Positions 9,891 through 22,963 of a stretch of DNA of 64,000 nt are shown one piece after another. Origin of the DNA: Spongospora subterranea f. sp. subterranea (taxonomy: Eukaryota); NCBI GenBank assembly GCA_049724395.1, contig JAUGWO010000038.1, forward strand, positions 1 through 64,000. The letters are read 5' to 3'. Position 1 is the first letter of the stretch. Each line of letters begins with the position of its first letter. The notes under the pieces were generated by a model, which worked only from the letters and a program-made list of their open reading frames with translations, was not told the DNA's origin and ran no database searches. A program made the position numbers and the translations under genes.

Positions 9891-11367
9891 TCAGCAGTCG
9901 GTGGATGTTGAAACGCTTGATATTATTTTCTTGAGCCATCCCTCCTTCTTGATCAACCTTGCTACTTTAGCATTTCTGTTTTTGTCGATCTTTACGCCAG
10001 GTTTTTTCTTGTCTTTTTTTCTCTTGATGCCACATTTCTCTTCATCGTTGTTGTCATCTTCACCCTTGACGACATCTTTATCCTTGACGTCACCTTCGAC
10101 CTTGTTGCCACCTCCATCCTTGACGTCAGCATCCTCCTTGATGACATGTTTATCCTTGACAGCACCTTCATCCTTGATCTCATCACCATTCTTGAAAAGA
10201 TCAGCAAGCGAAATCCTTATTCTTCCTGAACTACTAATACCATCATTGACTGGATTATTATCCTGCAAATTGAGCGATTCCATCCGAGAACTTCCCCTAG
10301 AAAATTGTGAACGGTGACAACCCTCTTGGACTGCATCTTCGGTATTGAAGACCTTTGTGGCATTGTATTCGTGGATATCGAGAATTCGGAATGGGCATTT
10401 GTTGGGGGAGCAATGACCTTAGAGTTTTGATAATCATTGCCAGTCGATAATTGCCCCGACAACTCCGATTGCAAATTCTGTGCCATTGGGGCTGGAACTG
10501 GCCTGTGAGATAGATCACCCGGATTGGATGACCAGCAGTGAACGGGAGTATTGTTCTCGATTACAGGATTTGAGGGCATTTTGTTGGGCGGCAGTTGCTT
10601 TAAACTCGGGTCGACGTTGATTGCGGTCAACGAAAACGGTTCCTGGTTATTGGAGGTGATCAAATCGTCATCAACAGGTTCGCCATGATACAAGAATTGG
10701 GCGTCGCCATTTTCGGATTCGGTTGACGATCCTGGCCATGAACTCAATAGATCAATGATGTCATATTGGCGATCACGTGTATGGAATTCTTCCCCACTAC
10801 CAGCAGGTGATAATGGTTCAGAGCTGCCTTCATCGTAGTGGAAATTGGACGGGGCGAAACGATCATTGAAATAGGGGGAATCATTATCAACCGGAAATGA
10901 CGACACCACGGGTCAACTGGAGTCCGGTGCAGGGGGGAGTCGGTCGGTGAAACAACAAGATCATTATCATGACCAGGACTGGGCGGTTCGGAATCCGTAT
11001 AAGGGACTAGTGAAGCTCGAGACATCGTGATCGAATCGCCGTTGGGAAGTCCCATAATTTCGGGTTCTGAGATGGATTCATCGATTGCCGATGGGTTTCC
11101 CCCAACAATTACATCATCACATGAATCAACTTGGCCGATCTCTGCACCTTCATCGCCCGCTACAGTATTCTCTGGGCTAGCAATCGGGTTATCCACAAAC
11201 GAGAGAACCACATTGAGGCCAATATCCGGCCGTTCAATTGCCAATTCTGTTTGTGGATTGTCACTGGTCGAGGATACGCCTTGATCTTTTAGTGTACATG
11301 CCCGATAGCCGCGCCAGGCGAGGATACCTACCAAACCAGTAACCATCAAAAGCTGGACCGGCTTCAT
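9891..11367 (-). CDS. Hypothetical acidic low-complexity protein with a hydrophobic N-terminus and a basic C-terminus, split over three overlapping frames
   Basis: ORFs 10744..11367, 10217..10909 and 9891..10283 overlap in series with similar D/S/P-rich composition. The N-terminus is MKPVQLLMVTGLVGILAWRG and the tail is KRKKDKKK. The junctions could be frameshifts or introns; I could not resolve which. Confidence 0.55.
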
Positions 11368-11859
11368 CGTGTGAGGGAATTTTCGGGGACGTTGGTCACG
11401 GAGTTCGCCAACACCGTCGCGGACTGCGAACCCGGAACATTCTGTGGTAGAAATAGCAGACCATGGTTAATGAATCGCCCGTCACCTCAGGGTAAAGCTA
11501 TGCATAGCAATCATGTAATCCATTTTTCACAGCAGAATATATTGAACAGGTGTCGACTCAGGCCAATTGACCACGAATAGTATCAAAATGGGAATTTTAT
11601 GAACCATGACGTTATTGGAGTATATATATGAACCATGACGTTATTCGAGTATTCCTCGGTCACCGTCAAACGGAGTTTGTCACGTTTGCGGTTTGCGGAC
11701 TGTGGTCAAGTCAATCGCAATGTCCGTATGTCTAGGTTGTGTACACGTACTGACGTACTCATCCACCCTACCTCATCCATGCAGCTGCGGATACGATACA
11801 CACGTGACGATCTAATAGACAGGTGACGTGTGCGAGGACTTCAGCGTCATTATCCCATT

Positions 11860-14698
11860 ATGGACGGCGTTGCTGCAGTATTGATGGGGCTTGCCGTGTT
11901 CGCTCTTTGGAACAGTGACGTCGACAGCCCATCGGAGTCCATACAATCAATACCATCCTCAGTGAAGTGTGCAGAGAGACATCACCTGACGCTGTCCGCA
12001 CGAGGTTTTGTTCGATGAAGAGCTACGCGATGCACAAAGAAAGGTTTCGGATATAGAGACACGATCACTACTGACCCAAGGAAGTGGTCAAATTCGACAC
12101 TCGTACATCCCTTCCGTCAATTATTTGACATTTGACAAAGAGGCAGATAGTAGGGAGATTTTTCAGGAAAGTTCAAGTTTCGTGGCATGGGCTGAAAATG
12201 GTGAAATTCGATTCATTAATAATGGAGTTGATGTAAATATCAAGGATATTTTCCAATTTGCTGATGACGAATCTATCCAAAAACCCGACTATGAAAATAT
12301 TGGACAATCTGGCGAAGACAGATCTGATGATCACAGTGATCCTCCTCATATTCCTATCAATGAAAATATCATCTCATTATCACAACATGATCAGACAGGC
12401 GGTTTCCAAGATGACGATAGCAACTATGGATCAAGCGTGTCTACCGACCAAAGAATGTCACGATCATCATCATTTAGCGACTTCGTTACGGAGAGCCTCG
12501 AAGACAAGTCGGGTTATTCTCATATCACAAAGAGAACGGGAGGACGTGAATATCACATTAATTATCCGTTAACGACAATACTCGATAACTCTCGTGACGA
12601 TAATTGTGAGGAGACGATGGACGAGAGCGGATATGATTCAGTATCTGATAGTTCTGAGGGGGAAATCGAGTTGAAACGAGATGGTCCACAAGTACAAGGG
12701 GAACCGATTGAACAGGATTCAGCTGATGAGGAATGTGATAAGACCGATATCATGTCGGTTTGGAGTAACAAGAATCAACTTGTTGACAGTGATTTGGACA
12801 ATATCATCACCTCTAATGAATGTCAATCAAATCCTTCTTCAATCGATGATATGGCGATCTCAAGAATCAACATCATCGATCACGATGAAGGTGATTCAAT
12901 ATCAGAAGAACTGGTCGATCGTCATCTTATCTCTATTCATCTTATCGATCAGTCTCCGGTTATGATCAATGAACAAGTTCGATCTGTTGATGGAGTGGAC
13001 AATGGCGAGGATCAAGAAGTGACGTCGTCAGATAATGTATTGAAGGCGGATCCGATATCTATCGATAATGGTGATTCAATACCAGATCATGTTGATAGTG
13101 ACAGTTCGTCTATTATATCCACTAAACCAGATCATCAATTACCAGTTCAACAAGAATTGATCCGACATCACTCGTCAGAACAACTTTCTGATAACGATTA
13201 TGATTGGCCCTCCAGTACATTTAATGATAAGGAACAGCGCGATAGAAATGAAGACGGTCGTACATCTGATATCGAATATGAAGGGACGAAGAATGATGAC
13301 GAAGATGTCCAAGGTGGCGTTTGTGAAGTCGATGACCAAACTGATGATGATAATCAAGTTGTAATTGAAGAAATGGAATTGAGTCCATTTATTATCAGTC
13401 CACAGGAGGTATCCGGTCAACTCTTTGATAGCGATTCTGAAACATCTAATGACGAGGAGAAGAGCGATAAAGGTGATGGCGGTCGTAGATCTAATATTGA
13501 ATATGAGGGCGAGATGAGATATAGTCAGATTGATGATGAAGATGGTCAAGCTGATGACAACGGGGTCGATTGCCATGCTGGCGATAGTGAAATTGTGTCT
13601 GGAATCATGGGTTCGCCAAGTCTATGTCTGCCTAGGACCAGTCAACAGGAGTTACCCGGTCAACTCTCTGATAGCGATTCTGAAGGGCCCTCGGGTAGTG
13701 TTGAGGAAGAAAGCGATAGAGGTGTTGGCGATCGTAGGTCTGAATTTGAATATGAGGGCGAGATGAGATATTGGTCGATCAATAAGCAAAACGGCCGAGT
13801 TGGTAATGGCGAAGTCGATGGCCCAGCTGGCGATAGTGAAATCGTGTCGGGAATGATGGAATTGCCCACTGTATCGCTGCCAGAAACTAATCTACAGGAG
13901 TTATCAACTCAGTCTGCCTTTAATCATCAAAGCGATCCTTCACTCGCCGCCAAAGATCACCATCAAAATGATATTTCCACTAGAACATCATCTAAACCAT
14001 CTGTTGAATCGGCTCCAGAATATCTCCAATCTGATAAGCTCTTAACTGTTGACCACCCACTCATTCTGAATATCGAATCCGGTTCCCCCTCTGGCAGATC
14101 GGCCGATCCCTCCAACTGCTTTACTTATCAGGTCGATCATATCGATGATAATCAATTAGCTCATGGGATATCCTTTGATCAATCCGTTGGCGATAACCAA
14201 ACTCTGGATATGTCCTCTGATGATCGAATACAGGAGGAACAGGCAATTTCCGGATCAAATGATGATGGTGATCTGATTATTTCACAATTGGCCCAGGTCA
14301 CGTCATTCAAAGAACGAAAAACTCTTTTAAACTTACTGAACTTGACACGCGCTCAGGAAGGTCTTCAAGAAATTGATCTCCAGAGTTTGCTTAAACACGA
14401 TGCGCTTGAGGACGATCGACAAGAGAAAGATCAACTTGAACAAAATCAGCTAGAGAACGATCGACAAGAGAAACATCAACTTGAACAAGATCAGTCAAAG
14501 AATGATCGGCAAGAGAAAGTTCAACTTGAACAAGATCAGCTAAAAAACGATCAACAAGAGAAAAATCGATCTGAACATGCTCGGGTTGAGGTAGATCGGC
14601 GTGATAAAAAAACTCGCTTTGGTCGGCCTAAAAGTTGGCGACGTAGCATCAACAAGTTGCTGTCAAGAGCTCGCTGTAAATTGAACACCGTATTGTAA
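11860..14698 (+). CDS. Large acidic (D/E/S-rich) repeat protein with a signal/anchor-like N-terminus and one frameshift near 12005
   Basis: 896-aa ORF 12008..14698, preceded in another frame by MDGVAAVLMGLAVFALWNS (ATG 11860). It has internal repeats of about 75-80 aa (EE.SD.G.GxRxS.IEYEG..RYS.I) and 15-aa QLEQDQL.NDRQEK repeats, then a basic tail. Confidence 0.75.
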
Positions 14699-17600
14699 TC
14701 AGAAAACAATCCATCACAATCATCAAAGTGTCGTATAAATTGAGAGACCTTAACCCAAGTCCCTTCGATTATTCATCATCATACCTTGAGCGTCGGCATC
14801 GCAATACTTTCCAATGATGTTTTACTGAGGGTTGGTATGACTCCGCCGAGACTTGATGCCATCTACCATACTTGGAGTAAATGGCCTCAATATGTGGCTA
14901 ATTTCGTCGTCAGACCGGAAGGCGGTTGATATTTCTACTCTCAGCCACCACCCCGGTTCCTCTGCCATCATTGGTATTACTACCAGATGTCAGTTCAGTA
15001 ATATGATGAGACCCTTTGCTCCTTACTAAATTATCTGTGCAGATCAGCCGCGGTGCTCTATTGCTCAGCTGTTGACCTTCATATTCTAAATTAGCTGATT
15101 GAATGTTAAGTAATCCTTAACCTAGTCCCTGTTTTGTTTTAGTCAAGGTAGTATTTGATGCTCGAACGACCTGGTTCAGTGATCGTATTGCCAATAATGG
15201 TGAGGCTTGACAAATCCACCACATTTCAAACGAATTCGTGACAGACATCGGTATTAATCACGACGACTCGACACGTTGATTTTTTGGTCAAGAAGAGCTC
15301 CAAGTGCTGAGCTGCAGACAACTGTCTTCAATACACGATGAACGAGCCGGGAATGGACAATGGCAAATTGTGGTCATGATGGCATTGACTTCATGTGGAC
15401 ACGGCGCCTGATATACACAAATACTATCACATTACCAAGTTTGAATGGAATTTCGCTCAGTTCTGAGTGAATTCGATATTGTAATTTGGGGAAAACATAG
15501 CGCGATTCTTGTTGGGTCTAATAAACTCAAGGTGGACAATGTTCAGCATCAAACAAAAACAACTACTTAAGTAATGCATCGAAGCAAATTGGGGCAATGT
15601 ATGTTCTCCATGTAGCCATGTGGAAACTATATCAGGCTGGGACAGTAGCTATCACCATAAATGCCGATAAGGCTTATGATCCAGCGACTTGTTTATCGAA
15701 ATTGTGTCAAAAACCACGCGAACCGAGCGACAAACTTGACCTGTAATGAACGTCGCTCCATTTATCGAAAAGTGTATGAGATCAAAAACGATTATCAATA
15801 TTCCCGCACATGTCGAAAAATAAGTTGAAGCGCCAGGAAATCCTTCCGTTAACCACGACAATTGACAAGAGTATCGTGATGAGGTATGCGCCTTTGATGG
15901 ATAAGGCAATGTTTTGGCACCAAACCAGCTTAAACTTGGCGAAGTGTGACAACGAATTCGGGAAAAGCTCAGCGAGCTAACGGGATAGCTGTTGATGATC
16001 TTTTTCAACTGACACGTGCTGGAAATTTGAATAATAAGATGTGATTTGGTTGAAATCATGATCAGAACCAGTTAAAAGTAGTCGATCTCTGTTGATCGAA
16101 AGCTACTGCGATTCTGATGCAAACGATGATAATTGTCAAACCGAAGGGAAATGATCTTTATATATATGATGTTTGTGATCCATAGTTGTCTATTAAAACA
16201 TTGTGTTCAAGTTACTACGCGCTCTTGACAGTATCTTGTTGAGCTTAGGTCGCCGCCAAAACTTACGCCGACGAGGCCGAGCTTTTCTTCCAGCCCACCT
16301 TTCTCACGTCGATCATCCTCATGATGATCATTTTCAAGACGCTCCTTCTCCAGGCGTTCATGTTCAAGCTGATAATATTCAGTAACCTGACGATCTTCCT
16401 CAATTCGTGCCAAAATCAGTAGGTCTTTAAGAGTATAGTGTCCTGAGGTTGATGTGAATTGGGTCGATGCCGTGTCAATTGCACTACCATCATCATATCC
16501 CTCCCGTATTCGATCATCAGAGAAATTATCCTGAAATTGGTTATCGCTATCGGATTGATCAAGGGATACCTCATCAGCTGATTGCTTATTAGTGCCATGA
16601 TAGACCTGATCAGAAAAAGGTCGACAGGGACCGGTCAACGTGCCAGAGAGGGAATCGGATTCGATAGCTATTGACTCCTGTTGCCTGGTTTCGCGCAGCG
16701 ATACACTGGGCGATTCCATTTTTCCAGACCCGTCTTTACTATCATCAGCTTGGCCATCGACTTCTTTGAAGCTATCAGAGAGTTGAGTGGATAACTCTTG
16801 TTGACTGGATTCATGCAGAGATAGATTTGGCGATTCCATTATTTCAGGCACGACCTCGTTATCACCAGCTTGACCATCTTCATCGTCGATCTGACTATAT
16901 CTCTTCGCGCCCTCATTTTCATTATCAGACGTACGACCGCCATCACCTCCATCATTCTCTTCCTCATCACTAAATGTACTGGAGGGCCCATCTTCGGAGA
17001 GTAGACCAGATAACTCCTGTTGACTGATTTTAGGCAGAGAGAGACTTGGCGATCCCATGATTCCAGACACAACTTTACTATCGCCAGCGTGGCCATCGAC
17101 CTCGTTATCATCAGCTTGACCATCTTCATCATCAATCTGACTATATCTCATCTCGCCCTCATATTCAATATCAGATCTACGACCGCTATCACCTTTATCG
17201 CTCTTCTCCTCATCATTAGATGTTTCAAAATCGCCATTGAAGAGTTGACCGGATAACTCATGTTGACTGGTTTTAGGAATAAATGGACTCAAGTCCATTT
17301 CTTCAATTACAACTTGATTATCATCATCAGTTTGGTCATCGACTTCACAAACGCCGCCTTGGACATCTTCGTCATCATTCTTCGTCCCTTCATATTCGAT
17401 ATCAGATGTACGACCGTCTTCACCTCTATCGCTCTGTTCCTTATCATTAGATGTACTGGAGGGCCAATCATAATCGTTATCAGAGAGTTGTTCTGACGAG
17501 TGATGTCGGATCAAATCTTGTTGAACTGGTAATTGATGATCAGGTTTAGTGGATATAATAGACGAACTGCCACAATGAACATGATCTGGTATTAAATCAC

Positions 17601-18366
17601 CATTATCGATAGATATCGGATCCGCCTTCAATACATTATCTGACGACGTCACTTCTTGATCATCGCCATTGTCCACTCCATCAACAGATCGAACTTGTTC
17701 ATTGATCATAACCGGAGACTGATCGATAAGATGAATAGAGATAAGATGACGATGTTCTTCTGATATTGAATCACCTTTATCGTGATCGATGATGTTGATT
17801 CTTGAGATCGCCATATCATCGATTGAAGAAGGATTTGATTGACATTCATTAGAGGTGATGATATTGTCCAAATCACTGTCAACAAGTTGATTCTTGTTAC
17901 TCCAAACCGACATGATATCGGTCTTATCACATTCCTCATCAGCTGAATCCTGTTCAATCGGTTCCCCTTGTACTTGTGGACCATCTCGTTTCAACTCGAT
18001 TTCTCCCTCAGAACTATCAGATAATGAATCATATCCGCTCTCGTCCATCGTCTCCTGACAGTTATCGTCACGAGAGTTATCGAGTAATGTCGTTAACGGA
18101 TAATCAATGTGATATTCACATCCTCCCTTTCTCTTTGTGATATGAGAATAACCCGACTCGTCTTCGAGGCTCTCCGTATCGAAGTCGCTAAATGATGATG
18201 ATCGTGACATTCTTTGGTCGGTAGACACGCTTGATCCATAGTTGCTATCGTCATCTTGGAAACCGCCTGTCTGATCATGTTGTGATAGGGAGATGATATT
18301 TTCATTGATAGGAATATGAGGAGAATCACTGTGATCATCAGATCTGTCTTCACCAGATTGTCCAAT
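12299..18366. repeat. Inverted duplication: about 12299-13670 vs about 16998-18366
   Basis: ATTGGACAATCTGG.GAAGACAGATCTGATGATCACAGTGAT at 12299 matches the reverse complement ending at 18366. Near identity continues for about 1.37 kb. Confidence 0.95.
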
Positions 18367-18762
18367 TACAGTGTTGAGATTGTCAAAGTCGTGTCCTTGA
18401 ATAGAGCAGTCATCACCAGATTGGACTACTGCCTTGATATTCTCCTGAACCCCCTTAGCAATGATCACAGCCTCGTCATTCTCAGCCGATGCCCCGAAAA
18501 ACGAATCGCCCAAAAGTATCCCAATATCTGCCCCTTTTTGTTGCTCTTCAAATGGCAAACCATTGTGCAAACGAACACCTTCATCTAACTTTGCTACTAT
18601 ATTGAGGAAGTCGTCACGTTCTTTTTGAAAGTGCTCCGCATCACCTAACCCGCTGACAGTCAACAGCGGATTGAACTGTGCCCGGTCACGACGATCTCCC
18701 CGTCTTGAAGCGAACATCAATATAGCCAAACCCAGCGCGATTACACTGGTAGTGGTAGGCAT
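16193..18762 (-). CDS. Paralog of the 11860-14698 acidic repeat protein, in convergent orientation
   Basis: 851-aa ORF 16207..18762 starting MPTTTSVIALGLAILMFAS. The central about 450 aa are almost identical to the + copy. The homologous basic tail lies in another frame ending at 16193. Confidence 0.8.
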
Positions 18763-20019
18763 GGTGGTTATCGGATCCTGTTTCTAAAAATGGAACTGCA
18801 TGGCTCGTAGGCCCATCAATCGAGTCGTCCCCTGTCCACGGACGTGGCGATACCACACTCTCCCGTTATTAAAACTCCGCGCATCTTTCGGTTTGCGAGA
18901 TTGAAATACACAGTGAGGAATGGTCATCGTGGGGTCTGTCAAGAAACTCATCACCGTCGTGATAGAACGTGCGTGATCTTGTTTACGATCCCTCTTGGTG
19001 TAGCTATAATGCCTTCGCCATTCCTCTTCACATATCTTGCCGTTTGGGTTTACCATCCGCACATACTGTATTGGTTCAAGTTCCTTTTTTGTTAGACCCC
19101 ATTTTCATGCGAAACAGCAAAATCTTTTGCATTCTGTTGGATAGCGCCATGTCGTGGGTTTGCGCTGTATGCTCAGTAGGACAGCTGTATGGGAAGCCCT
19201 ATGGCCTATGCTGACGTGCCTCGAGATGAGTGAGGTCGGGAGCCTGGCGCCACTCATGGCAGACTCCGTTGAGACGGGTTTCGTTTCATTCCCAAAAGAA
19301 CCAAATAAACATCACAGTTGTGCTGTTTTGCGATAATTTCGGAGCATGTTTGGGTTCCATGACACTACCGCTAAACAATGAGGAGAACAACCGGAGGCCA
19401 AACAGTGGCTGCAGAATCGGGAAGGACGCTTTGGCCGGTCAGGATCAGGACGCTGGGATTGAACGTGGAATCGTTGATTGGGACCACTTTGGACGCAGTC
19501 GGCGCTTGGCGAGACGTCCTAGTCCTGTCAGATCCTGCTGCCATTGGTTCGGTTGGGGGTTGTTCCACCTCATGGTCTAGCGATAATATCAGCGCATGAC
19601 CCAGTTTCCGACGTACAGCATCCTCGGGCTGTTCGGACATGGTTCAATTGGTTCAATTTTCTCTTAGTTGATTTCATGGCTGAACCATTTTCCAGAAATT
19701 TCCTTTGCGACTGCATTGAAGGAAGCCAAACTCATACCCAGTAACGTTTTATTTGAATCGAAATAACTCTACAGCAAGGCCCATTGTTGCATTGTTTTCG
19801 CCCCAACCGATATTGCAAATGTTGCACTTGTTTCCCAACGGAGGAGTATATGCTTCAAGAGGTTTGAAAACCCTTTCTTGCAATGCGCGATCCGCTCATA
19901 TTCTCATATCTCACAGCAGGAGTTTCCCGACTAAAATATCACAGACGAAATTGTTGTTCTACTTCAATTACAATATAGTATATACATATGTGATCGCGTC
20001 TATAATATTCATCCCCGTA

Positions 20020-22390
20020 TCAGGTAGAAATTACCTCAAATTCGAGTATTTTTCCGTCGCTTTCGCGAAAAGGGAAACTTCTTTGATCTCCGTTCTCTGA
20101 CGATGGCGAAATTTGCACTTCTACCAGATGTTTTCCATTGTCGTCGCCCTCTTCATCTCTTTGTCGATGAAGTCCCAGATCCTTGGAAACGGTGTCAAGC
20201 TTGATTTTTATCAGCTCCATTCGATCCAGGACGAGTTGCGCTAGGACTCGCCGACGCCAGATTTTCCAACATAATCCGCTCGTATTGGAATGCGATAATG
20301 TGAGGGCGATTTGGAGCTGTTTCTGCCAGGACGTTTCTCCGATGGGTGGAATCGTCAACTGGAATCCCTCGATTATTACGACCATCAGTGCCGACGCCAA
20401 TACAATATTAGCTACGAACCGATATACGGAAAAATACACGAGAGCTGAAATACGTGATCCGTCGTAAAGAATTGAATACCTGAAAGCAAACCAAGTCACA
20501 GTTATTCCATGATGTTTCAGACGCGTTTGTGACAAAAACTGTTGAACCTAACCCTTGAGCGATTTTTAGCCATTGTGTTGATGTGGCTATTGCTATCAAT
20601 GTCGAACATGTCGATGAGAATCCAGCGAAAGTAAAGGAATAGAAGTCGGCTGATAACCATGACTGAGCGAGTGATGGGTCTCGTTGCGTTAACATCGCAA
20701 AACGCCTCGTGATGTCATCATTGATCAAGCCAAACATCGCCTGCCCAACTAGAACGAACACGAATGCCACGACCACAATCAGGCCAGTGAACGCCAACAC
20801 GAACGGAGCTAATCGCGTCACAATGCCATTGCTGGTCGTAATGGAACCCATCGAGCGATACCAAAGAAGGCACCGCAATCCAGACACAACACGAACATAT
20901 TGCAATGATGATACCGGCAAATATCCAAATGGGGTAATAATCACGAAAATCGTGTCCACGACGTTGACGAAATCGGTACTCAGTTCAAGGCCGAATGCGA
21001 ACAGACGAAGGAAGATATCGATGATGAAGATGATCTGGCAACATATCATGAAGAATACGATTGCTGAGTCCGTATTGGCACCATTTGATGAAACCCAATT
21101 TAAACATGCGAATAAGTTTACGACGATCAGCGTATTTATCGCATTCACAACGAGCGGTTCGCAGAGAAAATGCTTCAGCTTCTTACGTCGAACCTCGGCA
21201 GGACGACGGTCGTCTAACCCGCCCATGAACATCATTGACAGCGTTGGATGAGAGCTATTGTGAATCGTAGTTCGCTCAATATGAACACCAATGAACGTTG
21301 AGATGTCTGGCCATCGCTGACGGTCAATTGATTCTGTGCTCGATACGGCAACACAATGGAAAATGGCCATGGCTTCGGCCCGAGTCAGATCTGGTCGAGC
21401 GATTCCCATTACCGCAACCCAATCAGAACTGGAGACGAATTCATTTCCACGACTGGCGATATCAAATGCAGCCGCGATCGATTCGGATTGGGCAACAAAT
21501 GAGGCCTTTAAATAAATCGACTTTCGATAGTCGAATATAACGATCATTTTGGACATGATAATGGCCGTGATCGTGAGGATGATGCCCACGATGATCATGA
21601 AGAATATCGTGGACACGAACGAGCTTTGAGGAAGATTCGATTTGAAATCAAACGTGGAAATAAGAACGGCGACCGAATTGAAACTCTCAGCAAGAGTAGT
21701 AAACTGAAGACTATTCCTGACTGATATAATCGATTGAGATGAAAATAGAATATGCCCGATCAAAGATCCCATTATTAACGTCGCCATCGTCAACGCCAAT
21801 GGCAGCGATAGTATCATAACCGATGCTTCGATCGTGAACGCGAACAGAAGCCGCACGTAATCGGAGGTGTGTAATAAGAAGATTGGCGCCATGAGGCGAA
21901 ATATGCGGAATGATGATATCTGCAATGTAGCAAGAGATATCGACACGATCAGGTCAATCATAGATATAACCATGGCGATTCGGCGAAAATTGCCTAAGGA
22001 GAGAAAGTCCTTATACAACGCGTCAGGACGAACATATAAATGAAGAAATTCATCGGTCAGATAGAATAACACGATAATCGTGTCGATTCCGATTCCAAGC
22101 CATAGTCTTGAAAGCGTTTGGGATGGAAGGACACCGAAACCCCATGGTAATGAGAAGTGCAGAGCTATTATCGAGAATAATAAGAAGCGATATATTCGAC
22201 TGTGAACAACATGATAACTGAAGAACCGGGATAGACCAAGCCGGGGACAACGAGCGATCAAAAGGGAAGGCGATCGCCATGAAATCGCATCGCGAAGATA
22301 TAAACCAGCTATGGTTGTTTGTTGGTCTGTAAGAGAAGTTGAGGTGGAATCACCATGATTCGGTGACTTGTCGGTCAACGAAGACAGCAT
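20020..22390 (-). CDS. Two-pore-channel-like (2 x 6TM) cation channel, divergent
   Basis: Two 6TM blocks with S4-like FRIFRLMAP and YVRVVSGLR, pore helices FTTLAESFNSVAVLIST and FAGFSSTCSTLIAIATSTQW, and an EF-hand-like linker. A 73-bp intron (20552-20480, GTTAGG..TTCAG) joins WLKIAQG to YSILYDGSRISALVYF..VIIEGF. Confidence 0.72.
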
Positions 22391-22963
22391 TCGTGAGGCA
22401 CTCCACAGCAGAAGATCTCTGCTGATCTGATCTCAGGGGTCGAAAGAACGCGGACAAAAACAGTCGCGCGATGAAGGCACGAGACCAACACTGTTGACCA
22501 ATGACCGCCCTATTTCAGACAACAGACTCACCATATCAGATCAAGTCCCAGAGACGATACTCCACACCTGATTCCCGTTCCTTGTCGTTTGAACAGCTGT
22601 TTCGCTCACAGTAACGCCTCCAAGTCTGTTTTGAAAAAAAGGTAAATTCACTTCTGATCTTCTATATTCCAACAAAAGAGCGCAGACGATTCTCTACAAC
22701 AAACTTTTAGCTTTGAACCATTGAGATCAACACGGTATTTGAGTTTCATTGCCCTTATTCTGATAAGACGAATGATATTTTACGCTCACATTACTTTGAG
22801 CCTCGTTATACCTGAACAATAGCTGCTATATTCCCAGCTTGCAGGCGTGACAATTCCATAGCACGATGGTTCCAATCGTCGCCGCTGAGGTAGCAATCGT
22901 TATGAATGTGCAGAATAGGTTAATGGTGCGGATTAGTGATTGGACCTTATAATTATCTATAGG

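Noticed and set aside
14700..16190. Gene between the inverted paralogs (ORF 15652..16059)
   Set aside because: No recognisable motif or convincing exon chain. It could be a decayed relic, but I cannot support it.
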